NCBI GenBank assembly: GCA_050633305.1
Contig: JBOEGF010000011.1
Coordinates: 63,312-127,311, forward strand
Direction of reading: 5' to 3'
DNA: 64,000 nt
Source: Nannocystales bacterium
GTDB lineage: Bacteria; Myxococcota_A; Polyangia; Nannocystales; Nannocystaceae
The position numbers and the translations under genes are program-made. Shown here in pieces: positions 39,201-47,963 of the stretch. Position 1 is the first letter of the stretch, and each line of letters opens with the position of its first letter. The notes beneath the pieces were generated by a model, which worked only from the letters and a program-made list of their open reading frames with translations, was not told the DNA's origin and made no database searches.

Positions 39201-39390
39201 GAATGAGTCGTTGCCCCAGCTCCTTGGCCTTCATGTGGGCCCGGACACCGCCGTAGAAACCGTCTCGATCGGTCAGGGCGAGCGCTGGGAGTCCCAAGGT
39301 GTGTGCCTGCTCGACCAGCTCAGCCGGGTGCGAGCCACCCTCGAGAAACGAGTAGTTGCTCTTCACCCAAAGGGGTACATACGCGTCCAT
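36280..39390 (-). CDS. dnaE2: Error-prone DNA polymerase III alpha DnaE2 (ImuC)
   Basis: PHP domain SNYSFLEG, GRGSAANS, PPDIDLD, QWDKYD, YGFPESHAASF, QPMGFY, C-terminal VRSFH (variant of the SRDFH tag). Confidence 0.97.
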   Translation of the reverse strand: MDAYVPLWVKSNYSFLEGGSHPAELVEQAHTLGLPALALTDRDGFYGGVRAHMKAKELGQRLILGTQLSVGDAPEIAQSVVVLPTSQRGYANACTLVSAGRARCEKGTSITHLDELLCAPEDLLVLCPHGDLLEPLYEAFGDRLYALCARHRHSSELGDEDTLRRAASRLAVPRVASVEVLYHSVSRRPLQDVLSCIRHGRTLATAGDLIRGNAEHDLKTLAQMEDLFSDDLPALHRTLEVAQRCDFSLSQIRYVYPAEWMPAGMSAAQWLREKTYEGAKVRYHGAIPQDVRAQLDKELGLIDQLDYGGYFLTMWEIVQFCRQQRILCQGRGSAANSAVCYCLGITAIDPVRMGLLFERFLSLERAEPPDIDLDIEHQRREEVIQWVYERYGRRHAAMVANFIRYRARSAVRDVGKALGIPQTALDRVAKMLTHYDTGFGADLLEHAGLDPAAPQHVHLLQRCRELADFPRHLSIHPGGFLLGHAPVDTLVPIEPATMEDRTVIQWDKYDVEDLGLFKVDLLGLGALSMIRGCFDLLREHEGLDLDMATVPAEDPVTYAMISRGDTLGTFQIESRAQMAMLPRLQPRTFYDLVIEVAIVRPGPIQGDMVHPYLRRRTGKEKVEFPHPALKEALGKTLGIPIFQEQVMKLAVLVADYTPGEADQLRRDMAAWRSSGRIEQHRERLISRMIANGIPQEFAERVYSQIRGFGEYGFPESHAASFALIAYVTCWLRCHHHAAFSCGLLNAQPMGFYSPGSIVEDAKHHGVTVLPVDVMASQWDCTLERQVQDGGEGDLAVRMGFRYVQGFGERQRAKVEAALEQGPFVGAEDFVRRTRLGQKPLHTLAESGAFSSLGIERRDAIWSLRGLVAKLGDTLGLPGETVPHQDEESDNGPLFAQLSRSEAILWDYRTSMHSVRGHPIECIRPQLRRRRLPTADGVNALRGGRKTQYVGMVICRQRPGSAAGVTFYTLEDETGTVNVVVWKQVFEAHAVLAKTAVLLGVTGRVQSQDGVVHLVAEQLWDPDLKFESQGTTVRSFH

Positions 39391-39411
39391 CGTTGGGCCC
39401 TCGCAGGAGGG

Positions 39412-39427
39412 CTGAACATTGTATCAG
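39412..39427. promoter_or_regulatory. Putative LexA (SOS) box upstream of dnaE2
   Basis: CTGAACATTGTATCAG (CTG-N10-CAG; GTTCAG half-site on minus strand); contains TACAAT, a -10-like hexamer. Confidence 0.7.
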
Positions 39428-39497
39428 TTGCGCTGGGTTCTGGGCAGGGGGTCTGCACGTCTTGTCAGGGCGTGATCGGTGGGCCATCCTTCCTGGG

Positions 39498-40010
39498 ATG
39501 CGTTTGTCCACCACGGCATGGTTTGCAGCCGGTTGCGGGCTTGCGCTCCTCTTTTTGGCGGCCGGGTTGGCAGTGGGGGCGGTGGGCAGCGATCCGGTGT
39601 TGGACGGGATACGGAGCTACGTCTCGTCGCCATCGTCCGAGCAGGCGAGCCTGCACTCGATGACGCCTGCAAGCGATCCTGCCTCAGAGCACACGGTCAT
39701 GCCGCCCGTGCCAGGCCCGTGGTCGGACATCTCTGCACAGCGGCCTCCCGAGCTACGGGAGAGCCCTCCGGTGGCGCCACCGCTTTCGTTTCGGAGTGCC
39801 GACGACGTCGAATGGAAGCCCGGCGAAGCCCGGCTTCCGCCGGTCGAAGCCGCGGAACACTGGAATCCCGACGACGCACGCATTCCCGTTGGCGCAGCTG
39901 TCGTTGCCACACGCGCATATTGGAATCCCAACAGCGCCGTTCTTCCACGACCAAGCCAAGTCACCGCGGCAACGTGGAACCCCGACGACGCACGCCTGCC
40001 TTCGAGTTAG
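39498..40010 (+). CDS. Hypothetical exported/anchored protein with four W(N/K)PxxAx(L/I)P repeats
   Basis: Hydrophobic N-terminus; WKPGEARLP, WNPDDARIP, WNPNSAVLP, WNPDDARLP. Confidence 0.6.
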   Translation: MRLSTTAWFAAGCGLALLFLAAGLAVGAVGSDPVLDGIRSYVSSPSSEQASLHSMTPASDPASEHTVMPPVPGPWSDISAQRPPELRESPPVAPPLSFRSADDVEWKPGEARLPPVEAAEHWNPDDARIPVGAAVVATRAYWNPNSAVLPRPSQVTAATWNPDDARLPSS

Positions 40011-40085
40011 TCGACCCGGCTCTCAACAGGGATCTCAACAGGGCTCTCGACCGGTGACACCGTGGGCAGCGGGCTAGGGACGCCC

Positions 40086-40562
40086 CTAGTCCATCGCGGT
40101 GGAGTCTTCGTGAGTCCGTAGGGGGCTCGCAAGGTCGCGCTTGTAGAGTCGTCGTTCGCCGGCGACCGAGTAACCGAGCTTGCCGAAGAACGCGTGCCCG
40201 GTCTTGCGATGACGGGCGAATGCCGTCGCGACGTCATCGATGCCTCGACGCAGCGCCCAGTTGTGGAGGCGCTCGAGCAGCGCGCGGCCGGCTCCTGCTT
40301 CGCGGTGGGCCGAGGTCACGACCAGCACGTGCACATCGACCCGTGGAGGGCTTTGCAAACTGATGGCGGTCGAGGCGTGCAGTATGCCGACGGAACCGTG
40401 AGGGCGCTCTTGGGCGAGCAGGACGACATGGTCGGTCGTTCCAAGAACGCGCTCCAATCGACGACGCACAAGAGCCTCGTCACCGTCATGACCCAGTTGC
40501 AGGAGCATGCGGCAGATGTCGGGAGTGTCTTCGAGCTGAGCTTCGCGGACCTGGACCGGCAT
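40086..40562 (-). CDS. GNAT-family N-acetyltransferase
   Basis: VREAQLED, LVVTSAHREAGAGRALL, HAFFGKLGY. Confidence 0.8.
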   Translation of the reverse strand: MPVQVREAQLEDTPDICRMLLQLGHDGDEALVRRRLERVLGTTDHVVLLAQERPHGSVGILHASTAISLQSPPRVDVHVLVVTSAHREAGAGRALLERLHNWALRRGIDDVATAFARHRKTGHAFFGKLGYSVAGERRLYKRDLASPLRTHEDSTAMD

Positions 40563-40597
40563 GAAGAGGGCGATGGTACGCGAAACCGCTTGGGGCG

Positions 40598-42085
40598 TCA
40601 GTCGACGAAGCCGTGAAGCATCCATCGGCGACGCGGGCGGTCGTAGAAAATCCACAACGTCTCGCCGGTGGAAGTGTGCGCGAAGTAGTAATCGCGCTCG
40701 ACCGTACGGACCCACCAGCCTCCACTGACCCGATACGGGCCATCGAGTGAAGCGACTGTACCCCGGCGTCCAAGCCATGCTTCTGGTTCGTGTCGGGGCC
40801 TTGGGGGCAAGGGTCGTGGACGCGGCAGCACGCGTCGGCACAAGGGCAGGGCCTCACTTGGGGCGGTGACCGACGGAAAACCGATCTGTTGAACGGGCTC
40901 CCACGCATAGCTGGCCTCGGGGAGGTGGGCTGACTTTAGCGTGGCGCGGGTAACAGACTCGGGGCCATAGGCGGCGCGGAGACGGGCCACGGCTCGGTTG
41001 GCCGCGTCGAGATCTCGCTGGCTCTGGGTGCGAAACAACGCCAGTTGCTCGGTGGTGGCGTCGACACCCTCGAGCCGAAGTCGAACCTCTTCGATCGGGG
41101 CCGGCAACGTGACCGATTCGAGTCGCAACCGTACGAGCTCGAGCAGGGACACAACGTCGAGCGTGGGTCCGGCAGGTTCGATGTATTGGTCACAGGTACC
41201 GGCGTGGTCGAGTTTGAGCTCGAGATGCAGCATCGAGAGCGCTTGGTGCCGCGTGGCGAGCTGCTTCATGAGCCCATGCAGTTTGCCTTTGAGTCCAAAC
41301 AGCAGCCGCATGTGATCGCCATCGGGAGGCTCGAGCTGTAGCTCGCCTTCGACGGGGTCTTCGAGTGGGCGAGGCTGCATGGGCGCCCAGCGATCCGAGG
41401 CCAACGCGTGTAGCTTCGTCGCTTCGGAGCCAAACCGCGTCGGAAGCTCGGCGGCGGGGAGCCGCAAGAACGCGCCGAGGGTACGGATGCCCAAGACCAT
41501 GAGGTGGTCTCGGAGCTTGGGGGATATGCCCAGTGCGGACAGGGGGACCTTGGCCGCACGTCGGGACTCGATGTGTGCGGAGGGCTGCACCTGCATGCGT
41601 CGAGGGCCTGCTGTTCGAGCGAGTGCGTAGGTGCGATAGCGGTGAAACCCAACGACGACGGAGGCGACCCAACCAGCGGCACGCAGGGCTTCGGCCAGGG
41701 CGTTGCCCCACTGATCGATGCTGCCGTACAGGGGCACCATGCCGCCGGGGTCGACCCAGAACACGCCGGGCTCTTGCGTGGACGGCTCGACGCGTGGCGA
41801 GAAGTTGCACAGCGTCAGATGCAGCTTGGCGACCGCTTCGTCGATCTCGTGCGGTTCGACCACCGCCGCACGCAGCTCGGTGCTCAGCGAGCGCGCTGCA
41901 GCGAACGTCATGCCGGGCAAGATGCGGTGTCGTCTCGCGTGCGCGTTGGCCCAGAGGATGACGCCTTGAGGTCGGTCGTCACGCACCACAACGCAGGGGT
42001 ACGGCTGCCACTGAGGCCGTTGCTCGAGCAACAACTGCAGCGGCAATGCCGGCACGTCGACGCATGCGATCCGGGAAACGGACAC
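40598..42085 (-). CDS. imuB: ImuB, Y-family polymerase-like mutasome accessory protein
   Basis: IACVDVP, ILPGMTFAAARSL, FSPRVEP, LGIRTLG; C-terminal GPYRVSGGWW...ERDYY...W.LHGFVD. Confidence 0.92.
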   Translation of the reverse strand: MSVSRIACVDVPALPLQLLLEQRPQWQPYPCVVVRDDRPQGVILWANAHARRHRILPGMTFAAARSLSTELRAAVVEPHEIDEAVAKLHLTLCNFSPRVEPSTQEPGVFWVDPGGMVPLYGSIDQWGNALAEALRAAGWVASVVVGFHRYRTYALARTAGPRRMQVQPSAHIESRRAAKVPLSALGISPKLRDHLMVLGIRTLGAFLRLPAAELPTRFGSEATKLHALASDRWAPMQPRPLEDPVEGELQLEPPDGDHMRLLFGLKGKLHGLMKQLATRHQALSMLHLELKLDHAGTCDQYIEPAGPTLDVVSLLELVRLRLESVTLPAPIEEVRLRLEGVDATTEQLALFRTQSQRDLDAANRAVARLRAAYGPESVTRATLKSAHLPEASYAWEPVQQIGFPSVTAPSEALPLCRRVLPRPRPLPPRPRHEPEAWLGRRGTVASLDGPYRVSGGWWVRTVERDYYFAHTSTGETLWIFYDRPRRRWMLHGFVD

Positions 42086-42094
42086 CCATGGATC

Positions 42095-42122
42095 GGTATA
42101 CTGTTCGTACTTTCAGGTTCAA
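42095..42122 (-). promoter_or_regulatory. Putative imuB promoter with LexA box in the spacer
   Basis: Minus strand TTGAAC-[CTGAAAGTACGAACAG]-TATACC. Confidence 0.65.
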
Positions 42123-42227
42123 GAGATCTCTCAGAAAGGGTCTCTTAGGCCGGATCTGAGCACCATGGCGCTCTGCGGGGTTACCGCGGAAGGCACGCGG
42201 TCGCTGGGTGCGTCACACTTGGGGCGC

Positions 42228-43664
42228 GTGAACGCCCCCGCGCCACGCCGTCCGCGAGGACGGTACCGCTTCTTGCCGCCTCCGCGGTGGGCGGCGCAGT
42301 TCCATGCCTGGGTCGGTCGTCGGGTTGCGGTCAACCCGATGGTGTTCTCGATGATCAAGTTGGTCGTCGTCACGCCGCTGTTGATCGCGGCTCTGAGTCC
42401 GATGGATGCCGTGCCGAGTACCCGCTTCGTGGTGCTCGGACTTCTGGTCGCATTTCTGTTGCTGGACTACCTCGATGCTGCGGTCGCGCGCCATGGTGCG
42501 CTGGAGTCCAAGGCGGCGCGGATCCTCGACCGCGTCACAGACTATCCACTGCTGATCGCGGTGGCCTACTTCGCGGTGCCGTTGGTCGATGAGCGATTGT
42601 TGGTCGCCAAGGTCGCTCTCGACTTCGCGTTGCTGGGGCTCTACGTGATGGGGCGCGGCCGGACCGACAACCGCCTGCGAGCCGGCATCAGCTATGCCGC
42701 TCTCATTGCGCTGTTGTTCGCGGTGCAGGGCTGGGGCGGTCGGGTGCTCAACTCGCAGGCGATCGAGTACCTGCTGTGGGCCAACATCGCGTACCTGGCC
42801 ACGACCGCCGCGTTCTACCTGGGCCTGCTGCAAAAGCGCTTCGTCGCCGATGCTCTTTCGGGCGCAAACCTCCTGTGCGGCATCTTCAGCATCATCTTCG
42901 CCTCTCGCGGACGTTTTGAGATCAGTCTCATGTTCGTGTTGCTGGGCACCGCGTTTGACGGATTCGATGGTGCGGCCGCACGGCGCTGGGGTGGGACCAG
43001 CATCGGGGTCTACTCCGATGATGTCGCCGACGGGGTCAACTACGGCATCGCGCCTGGCTTCGCGCTGTACTACGTGCTCGGCGAGGGGGTGTCGGGGCTG
43101 TTCGTTGGCATCTTCTACGCGGTCTTCGTGATCGCGCGGCTGGTGTTCTTCACGCTGAACAAGGCCGACAGTGATCCCAACTACTTCGCGGGGGTGCCCT
43201 CGCCCGTCGGAGGTATCGTCGCGATGGCCTCGATCGTGTTGTTCGAGCACGAGCCGGGTGCGCTGGGGTTGATGATCGGCATCGCGTGCGCGCAGATGGT
43301 GTCGTTCTCGACCCACTACCGCCACTTGGGCCGGGCGATCGCCAAGCACCGCAAGGCGTTGGTGGGCGCGCCGCTGTACCTGGTGGTGTTGCTCATGGGG
43401 TTGAAGCTCGGTGGTCCGCGAGGCGCGGCTGCCGTGATCTTGGCGGGCAACCTCGCCTACGGATTCCTGCCCATGGTGCTCGCGTTTGCCCGAGTGCTCT
43501 CGATTCGTCGGTCGGCCCGGCTCGGCCTTCCGGAGTCTGCGACCGACGAAATCGAAGCGGGCGTAGACGACGGTGAGGAGCCTCCTGCGGAGGATGAGGC
43601 GGAAGCGCAGCCCAGCGGCAAGTCTTCGCTGGCGCCCGTGGCCGCGGCCGATGCATCCTCCTGA
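42228..43664 (+). CDS. CDP-alcohol phosphatidyltransferase with two tandem domains (C-terminal PssA/Pcs-like)
   Basis: DYLDAAVAR...ILDRVTD and DGFDGAAAR...YSDDVAD motifs; FAGVPSP. Confidence 0.8.
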   Translation: MNAPAPRRPRGRYRFLPPPRWAAQFHAWVGRRVAVNPMVFSMIKLVVVTPLLIAALSPMDAVPSTRFVVLGLLVAFLLLDYLDAAVARHGALESKAARILDRVTDYPLLIAVAYFAVPLVDERLLVAKVALDFALLGLYVMGRGRTDNRLRAGISYAALIALLFAVQGWGGRVLNSQAIEYLLWANIAYLATTAAFYLGLLQKRFVADALSGANLLCGIFSIIFASRGRFEISLMFVLLGTAFDGFDGAAARRWGGTSIGVYSDDVADGVNYGIAPGFALYYVLGEGVSGLFVGIFYAVFVIARLVFFTLNKADSDPNYFAGVPSPVGGIVAMASIVLFEHEPGALGLMIGIACAQMVSFSTHYRHLGRAIAKHRKALVGAPLYLVVLLMGLKLGGPRGAAAVILAGNLAYGFLPMVLAFARVLSIRRSARLGLPESATDEIEAGVDDGEEPPAEDEAEAQPSGKSSLAPVAAADASS

Positions 43665-43667
43665 GTC

Positions 43668-44894
43668 ATGAGCAAGAGCTCCTCTCCCGGTCGCCGCGCC
43701 CTCGACAATACGGGCGGCAAGGCCACCGCGCATGGTGATGACGGCGAGGGGGCGCGCCTGGCTTCGATTCTCGATGGCGCTCAAGCCCGAGATGTCGATT
43801 GGCTCACGCACGGGTTTCACAGCTATCCCGCACGTATGCACCCCGCCGTGGCGCGTGGTGTTCTCGCCGCCTACGCGACGCCTGGCGACCGCGTCCTTGA
43901 TCCGTTCTGCGGCAGCGGCACGGTCTTGGTCGAGAGCCTCATCGCGGGCATGCGTAGCCGCGGCGTGGATCTCAACCCGATCGCGGTCCGGCTCAGTGGG
44001 GTGAAGTGCCAGGTCCGCGACGCGAAGTCGCGCGGCGCTTTCGCCAAGATGCTCGACGAGGTGGTTGAAGTCTCCAAGGAGCGGGTTCGGCGTAAGGCAC
44101 CCGCGATGGCACCGCTGAGCCCCCAGGAGCGGAAGCACTACGAGGTGCACGTGCTCAAGGAACTCGCCGGTCTGCACGACATCATCAGTGCGATCGATGC
44201 GGGGCCCGACAAGACCGCGCTCCAAATGCTGTTGACCGCGATCGTCGTCAAGTTCTCCAAGCAGCGCGCCGATACGGCCGACGACGAAAACACCACACCT
44301 CGTCGCATCGGTCGCTTCATTCCCAGCGAGTTTTACGGCCGCAAGGGTGCCGAGCTCGTCGAGCGTTGGGCGAGTCTCGAGGAAGCGTGCGTGGCTCGGA
44401 AGGACCCCTGGCACCGTCCCAAGGTGGTGGAAGCCGATGCTTCACGCATCAGCGGTGCTCTGCCGCCGCGTTGGGCTGCGCATCTGGTGCTCACCTCGCC
44501 ACCGTACGGCGGCACGTACGACTATGTGAACCACCATGCGCGCCGCTACCCGTGGCTCGGTGTGTCGACCAAGTCATTCTCCGCGGGCGAACTCGGTGCC
44601 CGCCGCAACTACGGAAGTGGAGGCAAGGCCCAAGCGTGGGATGACGAGGTGTCGAAGATGCTCGGGAGCATGGAGGGGGCCCTCGAAGACCAGGGGCAGA
44701 TCGTCCTGCTGATGGGCGATGGTGAGATCGCAGGCAAACGAGTCGACGTCGTGCCGCAGCTGCAGACGTTGTGTTCTCCGCTCGGGCTGCGTGTCGTCGC
44801 GTGGGCTTCGCAGAGTCGCACCGATTGGAAAGGTGGCACGCCTCGCGGCGAGCATCTGATCCTCATCCGGCGCGGCGAATCACGTCAGTGGTAG
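43668..44894 (+). CDS. Amino-type (N4-C/N6-A) DNA methyltransferase-like protein, orphan
   Basis: THGFHSYPARMHP, VLDPFCGSGT, VDLNP, LTSPPY. Confidence 0.8.
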   Translation: MSKSSSPGRRALDNTGGKATAHGDDGEGARLASILDGAQARDVDWLTHGFHSYPARMHPAVARGVLAAYATPGDRVLDPFCGSGTVLVESLIAGMRSRGVDLNPIAVRLSGVKCQVRDAKSRGAFAKMLDEVVEVSKERVRRKAPAMAPLSPQERKHYEVHVLKELAGLHDIISAIDAGPDKTALQMLLTAIVVKFSKQRADTADDENTTPRRIGRFIPSEFYGRKGAELVERWASLEEACVARKDPWHRPKVVEADASRISGALPPRWAAHLVLTSPPYGGTYDYVNHHARRYPWLGVSTKSFSAGELGARRNYGSGGKAQAWDDEVSKMLGSMEGALEDQGQIVLLMGDGEIAGKRVDVVPQLQTLCSPLGLRVVAWASQSRTDWKGGTPRGEHLILIRRGESRQW

Positions 44895-45785
44895 GCACTC
44901 GATGAGATCGCTGCCCGGCGTTCCCCAGTCGTTGGCGACGGAGGTCGATGGGAGAACTGTGTTCGACCAGCACCAGTCGTCGCTGTCGGTGTGGTCGGTT
45001 CCGGTCCAGAACTCGGCTCGTAGTGCTCGCGAGCGTCCGCTCTCGTCGTTGGGCAAGAAGCTCGCGCTGACGTCGATGACCGTGTTCCCGGAGAACACAG
45101 CGACCCGCTCGAAGGTACCGTTGCTCAACTGAACTGAGTTGGAGTAGCGGGCGAGCGGGTCGGGGCTTTCGTTGTACGGCCAGAGCTCTGCTCGAGCGAT
45201 GGCGCCGACTTCCCCGGCCGGAAGGATCGCGCTCATGGTGACGAACGTGCCGGGCGTGCCCGCGTCGTAGTCGTCCCGGTCACCGATGCCCAGGTTCAAC
45301 AGATCGATGTCGAACTCGGTCGTGTTGTAGAGCTCGAACCATTCGCAGTTGTCACCCATGCAGTTCGGGTTTGCCATCACCTCGGTGATGATGAGGTCTC
45401 CCGGCTCCAGCTCATCGACCGACAGCGTGTCGTCGCCCGTGCTCGAGGATCCTCCGGTGTCGGTATCCGGGTCGGTGTCCGTCCCGGTCTCGGTTCCCGT
45501 GTCCCCAGTGTCTGCTGTGGGGTCGGTTTCACCGACTGTGGTGTCCAGGGTCGTATCCAGAGTCGTGGGTGAGGTCGAGTCCGTGGCTGTGGCGCTGATT
45601 CCAGTGGTGGTGTTCGTCGTGCTCTGGGAGGCGGTGATCCCTGAACCCGTGCCGGAGTCTGCTCCGTCGGTCGTTCCGCCGGTTGTCGTCGTGTCGTCGT
45701 CGTCGCCGCTGCCGCCGTCGATGAAACAGCCGGTCGGAAGCACAAGTGCGAGGGTGGCGGCGAGCGTGCAGTTGGAACGAAACAT
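44880..45785 (-). CDS. Lipoprotein with Thr-rich linker and lamin-tail domain
   Basis: Lipobox PTGC; LIITEVMANP...EWFELYNTT, WGTPG. Confidence 0.82.
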   Translation of the reverse strand: MFRSNCTLAATLALVLPTGCFIDGGSGDDDDTTTTGGTTDGADSGTGSGITASQSTTNTTTGISATATDSTSPTTLDTTLDTTVGETDPTADTGDTGTETGTDTDPDTDTGGSSSTGDDTLSVDELEPGDLIITEVMANPNCMGDNCEWFELYNTTEFDIDLLNLGIGDRDDYDAGTPGTFVTMSAILPAGEVGAIARAELWPYNESPDPLARYSNSVQLSNGTFERVAVFSGNTVIDVSASFLPNDESGRSRALRAEFWTGTDHTDSDDWCWSNTVLPSTSVANDWGTPGSDLIECLPLT

Positions 45786-45891
45786 GGCCACGGTTTGAGA
45801 GCTAGACGGCCCCCTTGGGGCGAAGTTGCAGCCCAATCGGGCGCAGGTTGTCGTCGCGTGTGTTTAGGGTCTCATGAAACGATAAGCATCG

Positions 45892-46332
45892 ATGAGTGAT
45901 GCAGTACGGCCCCCCGAAGTCACGGCTGAGGCGTTCATGGCCGCGGTTTCCCAGCTGGACGACGCCTACAGCAATTCGCTCTCGGTCGAGACCGTGGCGT
46001 GGGGCGAGATCCGGCTGCGCATGCGGTTCACTCCAGAATTTCTGCGCCCCGGCGGCACGATCTCAGGACCAGTGATGTTTGCCCTGTGCGATGCCGCGCT
46101 GTGGGGGGCGGTCTGGGCCGCGACGGGGGCGGCCCTGATGGCCGTGACCACGGACATGACGCTGCACTTTCTCCGCCGTCCCGGTCCCAAGGATCTGATC
46201 GCGCAAGGACGGGTGCTCAAGGTCGGGCGCCGTTTCTCCTATGGGGAGGTCACGCTCTACAGCGATGGGGACCCCAAGCCGGTCTGCCATGCGACCGGCA
46301 GCTATGCGCCGGTCGTGAATCCCGCAGAATGA
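45892..46332 (+). CDS. PaaI-family hotdog thioesterase
   Basis: LRPGGTISGPVMFALCD, AVTTDMTLHFLRRP, HATGSY. Confidence 0.92.
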   Translation: MSDAVRPPEVTAEAFMAAVSQLDDAYSNSLSVETVAWGEIRLRMRFTPEFLRPGGTISGPVMFALCDAALWGAVWAATGAALMAVTTDMTLHFLRRPGPKDLIAQGRVLKVGRRFSYGEVTLYSDGDPKPVCHATGSYAPVVNPAE

Positions 46333-46425
46333 CGCAAAGACGCCGGCGCCGCTGGGGGGCGGTGCCGGTGGTGAGTCCAAGGCAAGTGCTTGGCGTGCTT
46401 CGTCAAAGGCGTCGAGTCGAACCGC

Positions 46426-46854
46426 CTACGCGCTCTCGCCAGCGTCGTCGTCTTGAGCGTCGTCGTCTTCAGCGTCGCCCTCCTCTTCCTCGTCTTCGTC
46501 GTCCTCCTCGTCTTCGTCGTCCTCCTCGTCTTCGTCGTCCTCCTCGTCTTCGTCGTCTTCGTCGTCTTCGTCGTCCTCCTCGTCTTCGTCGTCCTCCTCG
46601 TCGTCATCCACCCCGTTGTCGTCGACGTCGTCCATGTCATCTTCGTCTTCGGAGTCTTCGATGCCGTCGTTGTCGTCATCGTCATCGACGTCGTCGTTGA
46701 TGCCGTCGTTGTCGTCATCGGGATCTTCGGAATCCTCGATGCCATCTCCGTCGCGATCGACGAACTCCGAGGTGTCTGGGTCAGTCTGCTGGTCACAGGC
46801 GATCGGACCAAGGGCGAGGGCAGCGGCGAGGGGAGCAATGGTTCGAAGTTTCAT
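46426..46854 (-). CDS. Extremely acidic lipoprotein with thrombospondin-type-3-like Ca-binding repeats and poly-Asp/Glu tail
   Basis: Lipobox PIAC; DRDGDGIEDSEDPDDDNDGI repeats; EEDDED repeats. Confidence 0.75.
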   Translation of the reverse strand: MKLRTIAPLAAALALGPIACDQQTDPDTSEFVDRDGDGIEDSEDPDDDNDGINDDVDDDDDNDGIEDSEDEDDMDDVDDNGVDDDEEDDEDEEDDEDDEDDEDEEDDEDEEDDEDEEDDEDEEEEGDAEDDDAQDDDAGESA

Positions 46855-46958
46855 GTCGAGTCTCTATCCACTCGTCACCGCAGCATTCGCTCCGTTACAC
46901 GCTCTTTCAAGCGCACGTGTCGCCCCTCGAGCACGCCGTCTTTCCGGTCCCGCTCGGA

Positions 46959-47912
46959 TCATCCAACCGGTTTGTAGGGGTCGCAGATGGCCCCTTCGAT
47001 CGACGAGTTGATCGCTTCGGAGAGGTCGAGCGTTCCGCTCAAGACCTGGTCGATGTCGAACCGGGCACCGTCGGTTGCTTCGGGGATCGCCGGTTGGCCG
47101 CCGTAGGGCGCACTCCACCCGGGCGCGACGTCTTCGCAGTTGCAGCTCCCGCCGATGTCCGCGGTGAACGAGAACACGCGGATCTGCTGGTCTTGCAGCG
47201 CCTGGACCGTCTGCGGGTAGTCGTGTTGAACGGTGATGCCATCGACGACGTTCGGCGCTTCGGAGAAGGTGTCGTCGGTCGTGTGAATGATGATCCGCGA
47301 GGTGGTATCTGCGGGTCGCCAGGCATACCCGGCGGCCGCGACGTGTAGGGCGTCGAGGCTGTTCTCCGGCCAGCTTCCGTTGCTCCCGCTGCCCGAGACT
47401 TGGCTGTTGCTCGAGGTGAAGTCACTCCACTCTTGGAAGTCTGCCTGGAGCGCGGCCGCGTCAGCGTAGGGCTGGCCCTTGCCGAGCAGGGCGAAGTCGT
47501 CGACGAACACGACGAGTCCGTAGTGTGGAGGGCTTGGGAGCTCGAGCGCGGCGATGGCTTGGTCGACGGCCAGCATCTGGTCCGCGAGTGCATCGAGGAA
47601 CGGGCCCATGGTGGTGGACACATCCATGACGAAGACAACATCAATGTCTTGCTCGCATACCGCCGGGCCGGCGGAATCGGGATCGACGGTGGTCGTGGGC
47701 GGGGCTCCAACATCGAGGATGAGACCGCCTCCAGTCGATCCTGACTCGGTTGTCTCGTCGTCCCCGGGCTCGGTGTCGGTGTCGCCGCTCGTTGTGGCGC
47801 TGAGTGTCGTGGGGAGTGAGCCCGAGGTCTGCTCGTCTTCGCGGACTTCGGAAGAGCACGCCATCAGTAAACCCGTGGCGGCCACCCAACACTGTCGTCT
47901 ACACATCACCAC
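46959..47912 (-). CDS. VWA-domain lipoprotein
   Basis: Lipobox LMAC; DVVFVMDVSTTM, PENSLDAL, IIHTTDD. Confidence 0.82.
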   Translation of the reverse strand: MVMCRRQCWVAATGLLMACSSEVREDEQTSGSLPTTLSATTSGDTDTEPGDDETTESGSTGGGLILDVGAPPTTTVDPDSAGPAVCEQDIDVVFVMDVSTTMGPFLDALADQMLAVDQAIAALELPSPPHYGLVVFVDDFALLGKGQPYADAAALQADFQEWSDFTSSNSQVSGSGSNGSWPENSLDALHVAAAGYAWRPADTTSRIIIHTTDDTFSEAPNVVDGITVQHDYPQTVQALQDQQIRVFSFTADIGGSCNCEDVAPGWSAPYGGQPAIPEATDGARFDIDQVLSGTLDLSEAINSSIEGAICDPYKPVG

Positions 47913-47963
47913 CCGTGAAGTGAGCCAGGAGTGGCACTCCGGGTCAAAATAATTCGTCAGGCG

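Noticed and set aside
42213..44414. 733-aa minus-strand ORF, and similar long antisense ORFs (3194-4798, 6510-7826, 16327-17871, 37963-39663)
   Set aside because: Antisense shadows of well-supported genes; stop-free opposite frames are expected in high-GC DNA, and they contain no recognisable motifs
43668..44894. Complete restriction-modification or defence system
   Set aside because: No endonuclease, specificity subunit or other defence gene adjacent
46390..46977. Highly hydrophobic VVLLVF-repeat ORF on the plus strand
   Set aside because: Mirror of the GAC/GAG repeats of the acidic lipoprotein, which has a proper signal peptide and lipobox
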